The notes beneath the pieces were generated by a model. It had not been told where the DNA came from and searched no databases. It worked only from the letters and a program-made list of their open reading frames with translations. From Candidatus Nealsonbacteria bacterium (GTDB taxonomy: Bacteria > Patescibacteriota > Minisyncoccia > Minisyncoccales > UBA6532), in the NCBI GenBank assembly GCA_016186485.1, contig JACPLN010000003.1, positions 23,305 to 87,304 of the forward strand: a stretch of 64,000 nt of DNA. Reading direction: 5' to 3'. Numbering within the stretch: position 1 is the first letter of the stretch; the number at the start of each line of letters is the position of its first letter. This document shows positions 9,296 to 18,190 of the stretch, one piece after another. The position numbers were made by a program, and so were the translations under genes.

Positions 9296-10318
9296 ATGTC
9301 ATCAAATTTTTGTCAAGTAAGAGAATTAAGTGATAAAAACGTTTGGGAGAAATTTCTTTTTAATTGCAGAGAAAAGACTTTTTTGCAATCTTGGAATTGG
9401 GGCGAGTTTAATAAAGCTAGAGGAGAAAAAATATGGAGATTAGGGATATATGACGGAGAGACTCTTATCGGGGTTGCATTAGTGATAAAGGTTCGGGCAA
9501 AGAGGGGAACGTTCTTATTCGTACCCCATGGCCCGATTCAAGATTCTAAATCTAAAATTCTAAATGTTCTTGTTCAAAAATTAAAGGTAATTGCCGGGGA
9601 AGAAAACTGTAGCTTTGTAAGAGTTAGCCCAATAGCGGAAAGAAGCATTGAAAACGCGGGGGGTTTTAAGAAGTTGGGGTTTGGGTATGCCCCAATACAT
9701 ATGCATCCTGAAGCGACCTGGGAATTAGATATAGTTAAGTCGGAAGAAGAAATTTTAGCCGGAATGAGAAAAACAACCAGATATTTAATACGGCAGGCAG
9801 AAAAGAGCCCAGATATTAAAATTGAACGAAGCACCAATACAGAAGATTTAGATAGATTCCAGAAGCTTTATGAGGATACGATTGAGCGTCATCATTTTAT
9901 TGGTTTCCCGCAAGATTACCTAAAGAATGAATTTTTAGCTTTTTCCCCAGATAATCAAATAAGCCTATTCTTGGGTAAATATAAAGGAGAACTGTTTTCC
10001 TCTGCCATAGTTATTTTCTGGCAGGGCACAGCTTTTTATCATCACGGCGCTTCCTTGTCCTCAAAGATCCCGGTATCTTATCTTTTGCAGTGGGAGATAA
10101 TAAAAGAGGCGAAAAGGCGAGGCTGCAAGGTTTATAATTTTTGGGGAATTGCGCCCGATGATAAGAAAGATCATCCTTGGCGAGGATTAACCTTATTTAA
10201 AACGGGCTTTGGCGGCTATAAAAAAGAATATCTAAAGACCCAGGATCTGCCCATTTATTTAAGCTATTGGCTAATTTATATTTTTGAGAAAATTAGAAAA
10301 TTAAAGAGAGGACTATAA
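9296..10318 (+). CDS. FemAB-family peptidoglycan peptide-bridge aminoacyltransferase
   Basis: 'FLQSWNWGEF' and a FemX/FemAB-like two-GNAT-domain architecture. Confidence 0.8.
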   Translation: MSSNFCQVRELSDKNVWEKFLFNCREKTFLQSWNWGEFNKARGEKIWRLGIYDGETLIGVALVIKVRAKRGTFLFVPHGPIQDSKSKILNVLVQKLKVIAGEENCSFVRVSPIAERSIENAGGFKKLGFGYAPIHMHPEATWELDIVKSEEEILAGMRKTTRYLIRQAEKSPDIKIERSTNTEDLDRFQKLYEDTIERHHFIGFPQDYLKNEFLAFSPDNQISLFLGKYKGELFSSAIVIFWQGTAFYHHGASLSSKIPVSYLLQWEIIKEAKRRGCKVYNFWGIAPDDKKDHPWRGLTLFKTGFGGYKKEYLKTQDLPIYLSYWLIYIFEKIRKLKRGL

Positions 10319-10319
10319 T

Positions 10320-11126
10320 ATGCCTAAAAATCAAGTTCTTAGAAGGCCGCATAGGTTTAAAAGAAAAAAACCGATATTGCGCAATCGCTGGTTTTTGATC
10401 GCGCTTTCCTTTATTGTTGCAGCGGTCTTATTTATTTATTTCTTTTCTTTTTCCGGACTATTTCAAATAAAAAAAATAGTTGTCAGCGGAGAAAATAACG
10501 TTTCGGAGGAAGAAATTGGATTTACGATAAGAGAAAGTATTGGCAAAAGAATCCTATTTTGGGAAACAAACAGCATTTTCTGGATCAGCCCGAAATACAT
10601 AGAAAGGGCTATTTTGGACAAATTTCCCCAAATCGCAGATGTTAAGATTAAAAGGGTTTTCCCGGACGGATTGATTTTTACAATAGAAGAACGTCAGGCT
10701 TTAGCGCTGTACAGCCGGAACGGAAACGACTTTTTCCTTGTTGATAAAACAGGGATTGTTTACGAAGAGGTTTTCGCGGCTAAAAATAGCTTGTTTGTAA
10801 TATTGGATAAAGCAAATAAAGAGGCAGTAGCGGCTGGAAAAGAAGCAATGGCAGCAGAACTATTCTTGAAGATTTGGCAACTGAAAGAAAAGATTGAAAA
10901 CCTCGGATTGCTGTTAAAGGGGGTGGAGGTTTTGAGCGAAGAAAGAATTGCGTTTAAAACATCTGAAGATTGGGAAGTATACCTTGACCGGAAAGAAAAC
11001 CTGGATTGGCAGATAGAAAAACTAAAATTGGTTTTAGAAAAACAAATTCCCGCAAAGACCCTGCAGGAATTAGAATATATTGATTTGCGATTCGGGGATA
11101 AGGCTTATTACAGATATAGGGATTGA
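10320..11126 (+). CDS. ftsQ: Cell-division protein FtsQ/DivIB-like (POTRA domain)
   Basis: Basic N-terminus, a single TM helix and 'IKKIVVSGENNVSEEEI' POTRA-like beta-strand pattern. It sits in a dcw-type context. Confidence 0.6.
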   Translation: MPKNQVLRRPHRFKRKKPILRNRWFLIALSFIVAAVLFIYFFSFSGLFQIKKIVVSGENNVSEEEIGFTIRESIGKRILFWETNSIFWISPKYIERAILDKFPQIADVKIKRVFPDGLIFTIEERQALALYSRNGNDFFLVDKTGIVYEEVFAAKNSLFVILDKANKEAVAAGKEAMAAELFLKIWQLKEKIENLGLLLKGVEVLSEERIAFKTSEDWEVYLDRKENLDWQIEKLKLVLEKQIPAKTLQELEYIDLRFGDKAYYRYRD

Positions 11127-11569
11127 CTTCCCAGAGTTAAAAGAATTACAGCCAAGATGCCGAAATAAACATAAGAAGAGGGGACCGGGCCCATCCATCG
11201 TCTGTGCCAATGGATGTGTTCTTTCTTGAAGCGCTTAAAGCCGTAATGAGGGTTTATAAGAAACCAAGAAAAGTCCTCAAGGATTAAAAATTCAAAAATA
11301 AGACCCGCTATCAATACCTCTTTTAAGAACGTCCAATCGGTAAAGATAAAAACAAAATGAAAAGCAAGAATCAGGAAAAGGTTCATGCCAATATGATATC
11401 CCGTGATTGGCGTTCCCCCAAATATCTTTTTTACAATCCAACCGTCTTCTTTCCGCCAGCAAGGAAGTTTGGCCGCATGTCCGTGCTGGCCTTCAATTTG
11501 TACTTCCCAGTAGGCAAAAACAACAGCTAGGACTGCGGTGTAAATTATTCCCGAAATCGCGTTGAGCAT
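11108..11569 (-). CDS. Membrane protein (hypothetical)
   Basis: 153 aa, multi-TM, His-rich C-terminus. Confidence 0.4.
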   Translation of the reverse strand: MLNAISGIIYTAVLAVVFAYWEVQIEGQHGHAAKLPCWRKEDGWIVKKIFGGTPITGYHIGMNLFLILAFHFVFIFTDWTFLKEVLIAGLIFEFLILEDFSWFLINPHYGFKRFKKEHIHWHRRWMGPVPSSYVYFGILAVILLTLGSQSLYL

Positions 11570-11589
11570 AGTACTGTTAATATAATAAC

Positions 11590-13296
11590 TTATTCTTGGA
11601 TATAGTAAATAATTATTGAATTGCCGGCCTTTGCAACGGGGTCATGGTTTTTTAACCAAGATTGATAATAAGAAGAGTTCTGGAACTGGGTTATTGATAT
11701 CGCTATCCAGCCCTTCGGTGTTTCTTCCAGATCTTTTGGATCCAGTTTCTTGTATTTGGCGCCAAGATAGTATTCCGGGTCTTCTCCGCCAAAATAATCC
11801 AAGCGCATCTCTTTGATATTATTTTCCTCAACGAATTTTACCAGCTTTTTAAAATCCTGGCCCCAATCGTAATTTGAATCTACGGCAATTTTATAGCCGT
11901 TTTTCGTTCCCCCGGCTAGCTCGTTGTAATACGGGATATAATCAGGAAAAGCTTTAACAGAAGAAAAAGAGTACCAGCCAAACAGAGAAACAACAAGCAA
12001 CAAAAATGCGGGTTTCAAAGAAAAAGAAATTTTAGAATACAGTTTTTTTATCCCAAAAATGGCAAGCATGTAGACAAACGGCAACGTTGGCAGCAAATGC
12101 CTTATGCCTATATTTAGGTTTCCAGAAAGAGCAACCAGCCAATAAATCACAATAAACAGAAAAAGAGCAAAAATATCAAAATTATCTTTCAGCCAGTCTT
12201 TTAGTTTTGCTTTCCATAAAAACCCAATTATTGCCAATACGGAAAGGAAGTGCAGGGCCAAGGGTATCTTTAAAAGATAGATTATCGGAAAATAGTAGTG
12301 CCAGCCGGACGAGGAAATATTTCCCAAAAAGTAAACTGTATTCCCAAAGCCAACTCTTTGAACGGCCATTAACGCACCTTTTAAGTATTGGCCTAGCGGC
12401 CTTAAAATTGGTTTATCCGCCATCCATACGGTTAAATTTTTAACTGGCGTTAAAGGATTTGGAGCAAGGTGAAACTTCGTGTCAGAAAGCTGTTTTTCGG
12501 GAGGGTAATTAGCGGTATGAAAAGAGTAAACCGGCCAAATAACAAAAATCGTTCCTATTAATACTGCTGTTATTCCCAGGAATAAGTGCCGGCGGAGTTT
12601 TTTAGAAAAAACAATCGGATACAAAACGGTTATGGTGGCAAAAAACGGTATTAATAAAACAAGAGAAAACTTTAACAGCATTGCTATTCCAAACGATAGT
12701 CCGGCAAGAACAATATTTATTTTTTTCTGGCTTTTTAATAGTTTTAGCCAAAAATAGGTAGACAAAACAGCTCCTAGGCTAGCTCCGACATCCGTGGTTA
12801 CCAGCCTGCCCATGGCAATAAAAGTGGGGGAGAATGAAAAAAGAAATAAAACAGCAAGGCTCATCCAATTCCCGCCAAGCTCCTTTGCCCATTTAAACAA
12901 CATCCATCCCAGGAGCATCAAGACAAAAAGCATCGGCAGTCTTGCAAAGAATATAATTTTTTGGGGGTTGTTTCCGGAGCGAAAAATGAAATCTCTGCCA
13001 AAATTAAACTGAACCCACCATTGGGGATTTTCTTTTTGGACCCAGTTTTGGTTTTCCGAAGGAAAGTTTAGGTTTAAAAAAAGAAGGGGAAGGGCAGCTA
13101 AATCTTTAATCAATGGAGGGTGCTCCGGGTTTAGTCTGTAATCTTTTTGGGTTAAATAAGAATAGCCGGCTCCAATATGCGCCAATTCATCAAAAGTCAG
13201 GGAATCTTCTTTCATGCTTAAAAAAGCCGCGCTAAACATTATCACCAGTAAAATCAGAGCTAAAATATTAGTTGCTCGGTTAGAGATGAAAAGCAT
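11590..13296 (-). CDS. GT39/GT83-family (PMT/ArnT-like) polyprenyl-phosphate-dependent glycosyltransferase
   Basis: N-terminal 'FDELAHIGAGYSY...PEHPPL' motif region and multiple TM helices. Confidence 0.7.
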   Translation of the reverse strand: MLFISNRATNILALILLVIMFSAAFLSMKEDSLTFDELAHIGAGYSYLTQKDYRLNPEHPPLIKDLAALPLLFLNLNFPSENQNWVQKENPQWWVQFNFGRDFIFRSGNNPQKIIFFARLPMLFVLMLLGWMLFKWAKELGGNWMSLAVLFLFSFSPTFIAMGRLVTTDVGASLGAVLSTYFWLKLLKSQKKINIVLAGLSFGIAMLLKFSLVLLIPFFATITVLYPIVFSKKLRRHLFLGITAVLIGTIFVIWPVYSFHTANYPPEKQLSDTKFHLAPNPLTPVKNLTVWMADKPILRPLGQYLKGALMAVQRVGFGNTVYFLGNISSSGWHYYFPIIYLLKIPLALHFLSVLAIIGFLWKAKLKDWLKDNFDIFALFLFIVIYWLVALSGNLNIGIRHLLPTLPFVYMLAIFGIKKLYSKISFSLKPAFLLLVVSLFGWYSFSSVKAFPDYIPYYNELAGGTKNGYKIAVDSNYDWGQDFKKLVKFVEENNIKEMRLDYFGGEDPEYYLGAKYKKLDPKDLEETPKGWIAISITQFQNSSYYQSWLKNHDPVAKAGNSIIIYYIQE

Positions 13297-13343
13297 AAAA
13301 TTATTGCTTCATTTTAACATAATTTCGTGATATCCTGTATTAA

Positions 13344-14585
13344 ATGAGGCTTCAAGGGTTTAAAAATAAAAAGATATTGATTTTGGGATTCGGGGTTGAG
13401 GGGAAAGATGCCTTTGGGTTTTTAAAAAAGGTTTTTCCAAAGCAAAGGATAGCAATTTCAGATAAAAAAAGGCGAGGGCAATACCTTAAGTGTCTGAAAA
13501 ATTATGATATAGTTATAAAATCTCCCGGAATTTCTCCGAAAGAGTTGGCAAAAGGCCTTTCAGAAGCAAAAAACCGCCCAATAATTACTTCGGTTACAGA
13601 CATTTTTTTTAACAACTGCAAGAGCAAAATCATAGGTATTACGGGAACCAAGGGAAAAAGCACAACCTCTTCCTTGATTTACCACATTTTAAAAAAGGCG
13701 GGAAAGAAAGTTTATTTAGTGGGAAATATCGGCAAACCTCCCTTAAAATTATTGCTTTCATCTAAACCAGAAGACATTTTTGTATATGAGCTTTCAAGCC
13801 ATCAGCTCTTGGGCCTGAAAAAGAGTCCGCAGATCGCCGTTCTTTTGAATATTTACAGAGAACATCTGGATTATTATCGTAGTTTCAATGAATATATAAA
13901 TGCAAAAGCGAACATAACAAAATACCAAAGTAAAAACGATTACCTTGTTTTTAACGAAAAAGACCCCATTGTTTCAGAGATGGCAAAGAAGACGAATGCA
14001 AAAAAAGTTCCTTTTCGGGGAGAATTCTACCAGGGCGATATAGCGGCGGCAAAAGCTGTTTGCAAAATTCTAAAAATTCCTTATTTAAAAATAGAATCTG
14101 CCGTAAAAAGCTTTAAATTTTTGCCCCATCGTCTGGAGTTAGTCGGCAGGTTTAAAGGGATCACTTTTTATAACGATTCTTTAGCAACTATACCGGAGGC
14201 CGCAATTATGGCGATGAAATCTTTGGGCGGGGGCGTAGAAACATTAATTTTAGGCGGATTTGAGAGGTTTTATGATTTTAGCGATTTAGCCAAAGAAATT
14301 TTAAACAGAGAAATTAAAACGATTATTTTTTTTCCGACTACCGGATTCAGGATTTGGCAGGAGCTGGTAAAATTAGGAAGGAAAAAGAAAACAATCCTGC
14401 CAAAGCGCTTTTTCGTAAAAGATATGAAGGAAGCGGTAAGAATTGCTTACGGGAATACTTCCAGAAACAAAATTTGTCTTATGTCTCCGGCCTCGCCAAG
14501 CTTTTCTATTTTTAAAGATTATAAAGAAAGAGGAGACCTGTTTAAAAAGTACGTAAAGCAACTTGGTAAAAATGGCAAAAATTAG
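13344..14585 (+). CDS. murD: UDP-N-acetylmuramoylalanine--D-glutamate ligase
   Basis: 'IIGITGTKGKSTTSSLIYHIL' P-loop and MurD domain order. Confidence 0.85.
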   Translation: MRLQGFKNKKILILGFGVEGKDAFGFLKKVFPKQRIAISDKKRRGQYLKCLKNYDIVIKSPGISPKELAKGLSEAKNRPIITSVTDIFFNNCKSKIIGITGTKGKSTTSSLIYHILKKAGKKVYLVGNIGKPPLKLLLSSKPEDIFVYELSSHQLLGLKKSPQIAVLLNIYREHLDYYRSFNEYINAKANITKYQSKNDYLVFNEKDPIVSEMAKKTNAKKVPFRGEFYQGDIAAAKAVCKILKIPYLKIESAVKSFKFLPHRLELVGRFKGITFYNDSLATIPEAAIMAMKSLGGGVETLILGGFERFYDFSDLAKEILNREIKTIIFFPTTGFRIWQELVKLGRKKKTILPKRFFVKDMKEAVRIAYGNTSRNKICLMSPASPSFSIFKDYKERGDLFKKYVKQLGKNGKN

Positions 14586-15660
14586 TTCGCATCAAAACTT
14601 TGATTATATTTTGTTCTGGGTTTGCGCGATACTGGTTGTTTTGGGCATAATTGCCCTAACCAGCGTGTCTGTTGACAGCTCTTTGGAAATTTTCGGCATT
14701 CCTTACTATTTTATTTCCCACCAGCTTATTTACGGATTGGCGCCCGGAATTCTGCTCGCTTTTTTATTATCAAGGCTTAAGATAGAAAAGCTTTACAAAT
14801 GGGCTATAATTTTTCTTTTAATAAGCATTTTATTTTTAGGTTTAGTATTTGTTCCGCAATTGGGGATTTCTGTCGGCGGGGCAACCAGATGGCTGAAATT
14901 CGGGCCAGTATCTTTTCAGCCTTCAGAGCTGTTTAAAATATCTTTCTTTATTTATCTTGCAGCCCTGCTTTCAAAGGATACTTTTTCAAACCGGCTGTTT
15001 ATCTTCCTGCTTATTATTGGAGCAGCAGGCATTTTTTTGGTCTTGCAGCCGAATGTAGGCACGTTGGGCATAATATTTTTGGTTGCCAGCGTTACATATT
15101 TTTTATCCAATGCGCCGGTTTTGCATACGCTACTTATTTTTTTGCTCGGTTTTTCGTCGGTAGCTGTTTTAACAAAGATAGCTCCTTACAGGTTCAATAG
15201 ATTTTTGGTATTTTTAAATCCGGAGGTAGATCCAATTGGAATAGGATACCAAATAAAGCAGGCTTTAATTGCGGTTGGATCCGGGGGAATTACCGGCCTT
15301 GGTTTTGGGATGAGCGTTCAAAAGCTTGGTTTTCTCCCGGAACCCATGACCGATGCCATTTTTGCCGTTTTTGCGGAAGAAACCGGTTTTATAGGAAGCC
15401 TGATATTAATTATTCTATTTTCTTTATTTTTATGGCGCGGTTTTTACATTGCAAGGATGGTCCAGGATAAATTTCAAAAGCTTCTTTGCCTATCAATTAC
15501 TTTCTGGATAGTTTTGCAGGCTTTTATCAATATAGGCGCAATGATTGGAATCCTTCCTCTTACGGGAATTCCGTTGCCATTTATGAGTTATGGCGGTTCG
15601 GCGATAATAGCTGAATTAGCCGGAGTGGGTATACTTTTAAATATTTCAAGAAACATATGA
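14563..15660 (+). CDS. ftsW: SEDS-family peptidoglycan glycosyltransferase FtsW/RodA
   Basis: 10-TM SEDS pattern. It lies between murD and murG. Confidence 0.85.
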   Translation: MVKMAKISSHQNFDYILFWVCAILVVLGIIALTSVSVDSSLEIFGIPYYFISHQLIYGLAPGILLAFLLSRLKIEKLYKWAIIFLLISILFLGLVFVPQLGISVGGATRWLKFGPVSFQPSELFKISFFIYLAALLSKDTFSNRLFIFLLIIGAAGIFLVLQPNVGTLGIIFLVASVTYFLSNAPVLHTLLIFLLGFSSVAVLTKIAPYRFNRFLVFLNPEVDPIGIGYQIKQALIAVGSGGITGLGFGMSVQKLGFLPEPMTDAIFAVFAEETGFIGSLILIILFSLFLWRGFYIARMVQDKFQKLLCLSITFWIVLQAFINIGAMIGILPLTGIPLPFMSYGGSAIIAELAGVGILLNISRNI

Positions 15661-16775
15661 AAATACTTTTTACTGGCGGGGGAAGCGGAGGCCATATTGT
15701 GCCCATAATTGCCATAGTCAGGGAAATAAGAAGAATTGCTCCAAAAGAGCTGCTGTTAACTTTTTATTACATAGGCCCCAAAGACCCTTTTGGAGATATG
15801 CTGATTAGCCAAGAGGGAATAGAAATAAAGAATATTTTAGCCGGGAAAATAAGGAGGTATTTTACCTGGCGAAGCTTGCTGGAAAACGTCGCAGATTTAT
15901 TTAAAATCCCAATAGGCATTCTCCAGTCGTTTTTTTACGTTTTTGTTTTTGCCCCGGATTTAATTTTAAGCAAAGGAGGATACGGTTCTTTCCCGGCAGT
16001 TTTTGCGGGTTGGATATTGCAAGTCCCAATATTTTTGCACGAGTCGGATGTTTCCCCGGGTTTAGCCAGCAAAGTCCAAAGCCCTTTTGCCTTTAAAATT
16101 TTCACTTCTTTTCCAAAGACAGAATATTTTTCTCTAAAGAAGGTGATTTATGCCGGAAATCCGATTCGCAGGGAGATTTTGGAAGGATCAAAGGAAGAAG
16201 CCAGGAAAATTTTTAATCTGACCCTTGAAAAACCGGTTATCCTTATTACCGGCGGTTCCCAGGGAGCTCAGAAAATAAACGATACAATCCTTGATATTCT
16301 GCCGGGTCTTTTGGATAATTTTGAATTAATCCATGTTTGCGGAGAAAACAACCTAAAGCAAATAGGCGCAGAAGCAAAGGCGGTGATAACAAAAGAAGCC
16401 GAAAAATATTATCATCTTTACCCTTTCTTAAAGGAAATAGAAATAAAGCATGCTTATTTGGCCGCAGACCTTATTATCAGCAGGGCCGGCTCTGGTTCCA
16501 TTTTTGAAATTGCCGCTGTGGGCAAACCAAGCATTTTAGTGCCGCTGTCGGGATCAGCCCAGAATCATCAAATAAAGAATGCCTATGCCTACGGCCAGGA
16601 GGGAACAACAATAGTAATGGAAGAAGAGAATTTAACCCCTCATTTTTTCCTGGAGAAGCTTAAGTATTTGTTTTCCCACCATGAAGAATTGGAAAAAATG
16701 TCTATTGCAGCTAAAAGCTTTGCAAAACCCGAAGCCGCAAGGTTAATAGCGCAATACCTATTGACAAACTATTAA
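15657..16775 (+). CDS. murG: Undecaprenyldiphospho-muramoylpentapeptide beta-N-acetylglucosaminyltransferase
   Basis: 'ILFTGGGSGGHIVP' N-terminus and a GT28 architecture. Confidence 0.9.
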   Translation: MKILFTGGGSGGHIVPIIAIVREIRRIAPKELLLTFYYIGPKDPFGDMLISQEGIEIKNILAGKIRRYFTWRSLLENVADLFKIPIGILQSFFYVFVFAPDLILSKGGYGSFPAVFAGWILQVPIFLHESDVSPGLASKVQSPFAFKIFTSFPKTEYFSLKKVIYAGNPIRREILEGSKEEARKIFNLTLEKPVILITGGSQGAQKINDTILDILPGLLDNFELIHVCGENNLKQIGAEAKAVITKEAEKYYHLYPFLKEIEIKHAYLAADLIISRAGSGSIFEIAAVGKPSILVPLSGSAQNHQIKNAYAYGQEGTTIVMEEENLTPHFFLEKLKYLFSHHEELEKMSIAAKSFAKPEAARLIAQYLLTNY

Positions 16776-16804
16776 TATAATGATATAATGTTGAAAGAGA
16801 AAGG

Positions 16805-17089
16805 ATGATAACGTCTTTAACGGACACCCAGACAACCATCGCCCAGGCGCTTGCAAAACTGGTAAGGGCGGATCCAGAAAAAATCACTATTCAGGGGGCC
16901 ATCTTTTACTATCAAGGAGAGCCGCTTGCCGAAAGCGACCCGACAATAGGACTCATTGCTATCAGAAAAAAACATCCTATAGTAAATATGGCTCTGGAGA
17001 ACAAGGCAAGGTATAATATACTACTGAATATGTCGGATCTGTACCGCTGGGCGAAAAAAACACAGGTGCGGCCAAGCCATCAAACTTAG
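16805..17089 (+). CDS. Hypothetical protein
   Basis: ORF only. Confidence 0.35.
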   Translation: MITSLTDTQTTIAQALAKLVRADPEKITIQGAIFYYQGEPLAESDPTIGLIAIRKKHPIVNMALENKARYNILLNMSDLYRWAKKTQVRPSHQT

Positions 17090-17161
17090 TTAAAAAGTTT
17101 GTTAGCTGCCGCCACTTTTTTATTTATTGACTATATTGCCGAGGATGTTTAACCTAAACAG

Positions 17162-17479
17162 ATGGGAATGCACCTTAAATTAATTGAGAGGGATGATTTT
17201 TATCTTATTGTCTTTGATATTCCTCAAGAGGGATTTCCAAAAGCTCTTTTTGAAAAGATGCTGCAGAAGGCAATTGCAAAAACTTCAGGCAAAAAACCAA
17301 TTCTTCTGAATGGCTGCGGTCCGAACTGGGCAGTAAACCGCGTTGTTGAAGCAAGCGCAGATGTGTCGCCGGCATTGGCAATCCTTGACGCTGATAAGGA
17401 GGGGTATGTGGTTTTCTTGACTCGTCGCCCCAATTATTACCAGTTTGGCAAGCTAATCTCTAGTTTTCCCGCGTTGTAG
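17162..17479 (+). CDS. Hypothetical protein
   Basis: ORF only. Confidence 0.35.
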   Translation: MGMHLKLIERDDFYLIVFDIPQEGFPKALFEKMLQKAIAKTSGKKPILLNGCGPNWAVNRVVEASADVSPALAILDADKEGYVVFLTRRPNYYQFGKLISSFPAL

Positions 17480-17485
17480 CAAAGC

Positions 17486-17513
17486 TTGACAAAATTTTGT
17501 CTTTTGCTAGAAT
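17486..17513 (+). promoter_or_regulatory. Sigma70-like promoter (TTGACA-16nt-TAGAAT) for the LemA-like gene
   Basis: Hexamers lie about 45 nt upstream of the ATG. Confidence 0.45.
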
Positions 17514-17556
17514 GCACTCGGTTCTTAGAAAACCAAATAGGTGAAAGTGAAAAAAA

Positions 17557-18144
17557 ATGGGTAAAGGACTAATAATAGGGGTGGTAGGCATCTTGGCGGT
17601 CCTCGTTATCGCCGGGATACTTTGGGGAAGCTATGTCAACCTGGTAGGAAAAGAAGAAACCGTTATAAAGCGAGACTCTAATCTGGACGTAGCCTATCAG
17701 AGAAGTCTTGATGAGATTGACGGCAAAATCGCCACAATGAAAATTGAGCCAGTATACTACAACATGGTTTATTTGCCATACGCACAGGCTAGAGAAGGTT
17801 ACCTTCAGGCGAATAAAACCGGAGACACAACGCAACTTGACAAGGGTATTTCTGAGGTAAAGAGCGCCATTAATGTCATCAATGTAGTGGCAAGGACAGA
17901 ATCTGTTCCTCCGGTTGTTTTGAAAGCGGTGCAGGCTTTAAGCGATTCAATCACTAACATAGAAGGCATCAAAAATCAGGAGAGAAGGCTTTATAATGAT
18001 GCTGTTCAAGACTATAGACAGACAGTAAGAACAACGCCTTGGGCAGGACCTCTTGGTTTTAGCGTAGATAAATACAAGCCATTTGAGGCCCAACCAGGAG
18101 CCGAAAGACCTGATTACAAAGGACGGATTGAAGGGGGCAAATAA
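17557..18144 (+). CDS. LemA-family membrane protein
   Basis: N-terminal TM helix followed by 'YVNLVGKEETV', matching the LemA signature (YNxLVxxEExV). Confidence 0.7.
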   Translation: MGKGLIIGVVGILAVLVIAGILWGSYVNLVGKEETVIKRDSNLDVAYQRSLDEIDGKIATMKIEPVYYNMVYLPYAQAREGYLQANKTGDTTQLDKGISEVKSAINVINVVARTESVPPVVLKAVQALSDSITNIEGIKNQERRLYNDAVQDYRQTVRTTPWAGPLGFSVDKYKPFEAQPGAERPDYKGRIEGGK

Positions 18145-18190
18145 TTAGGGGGCAAATACTCCCTAATTTTTACAAAAGGAGATGATATAA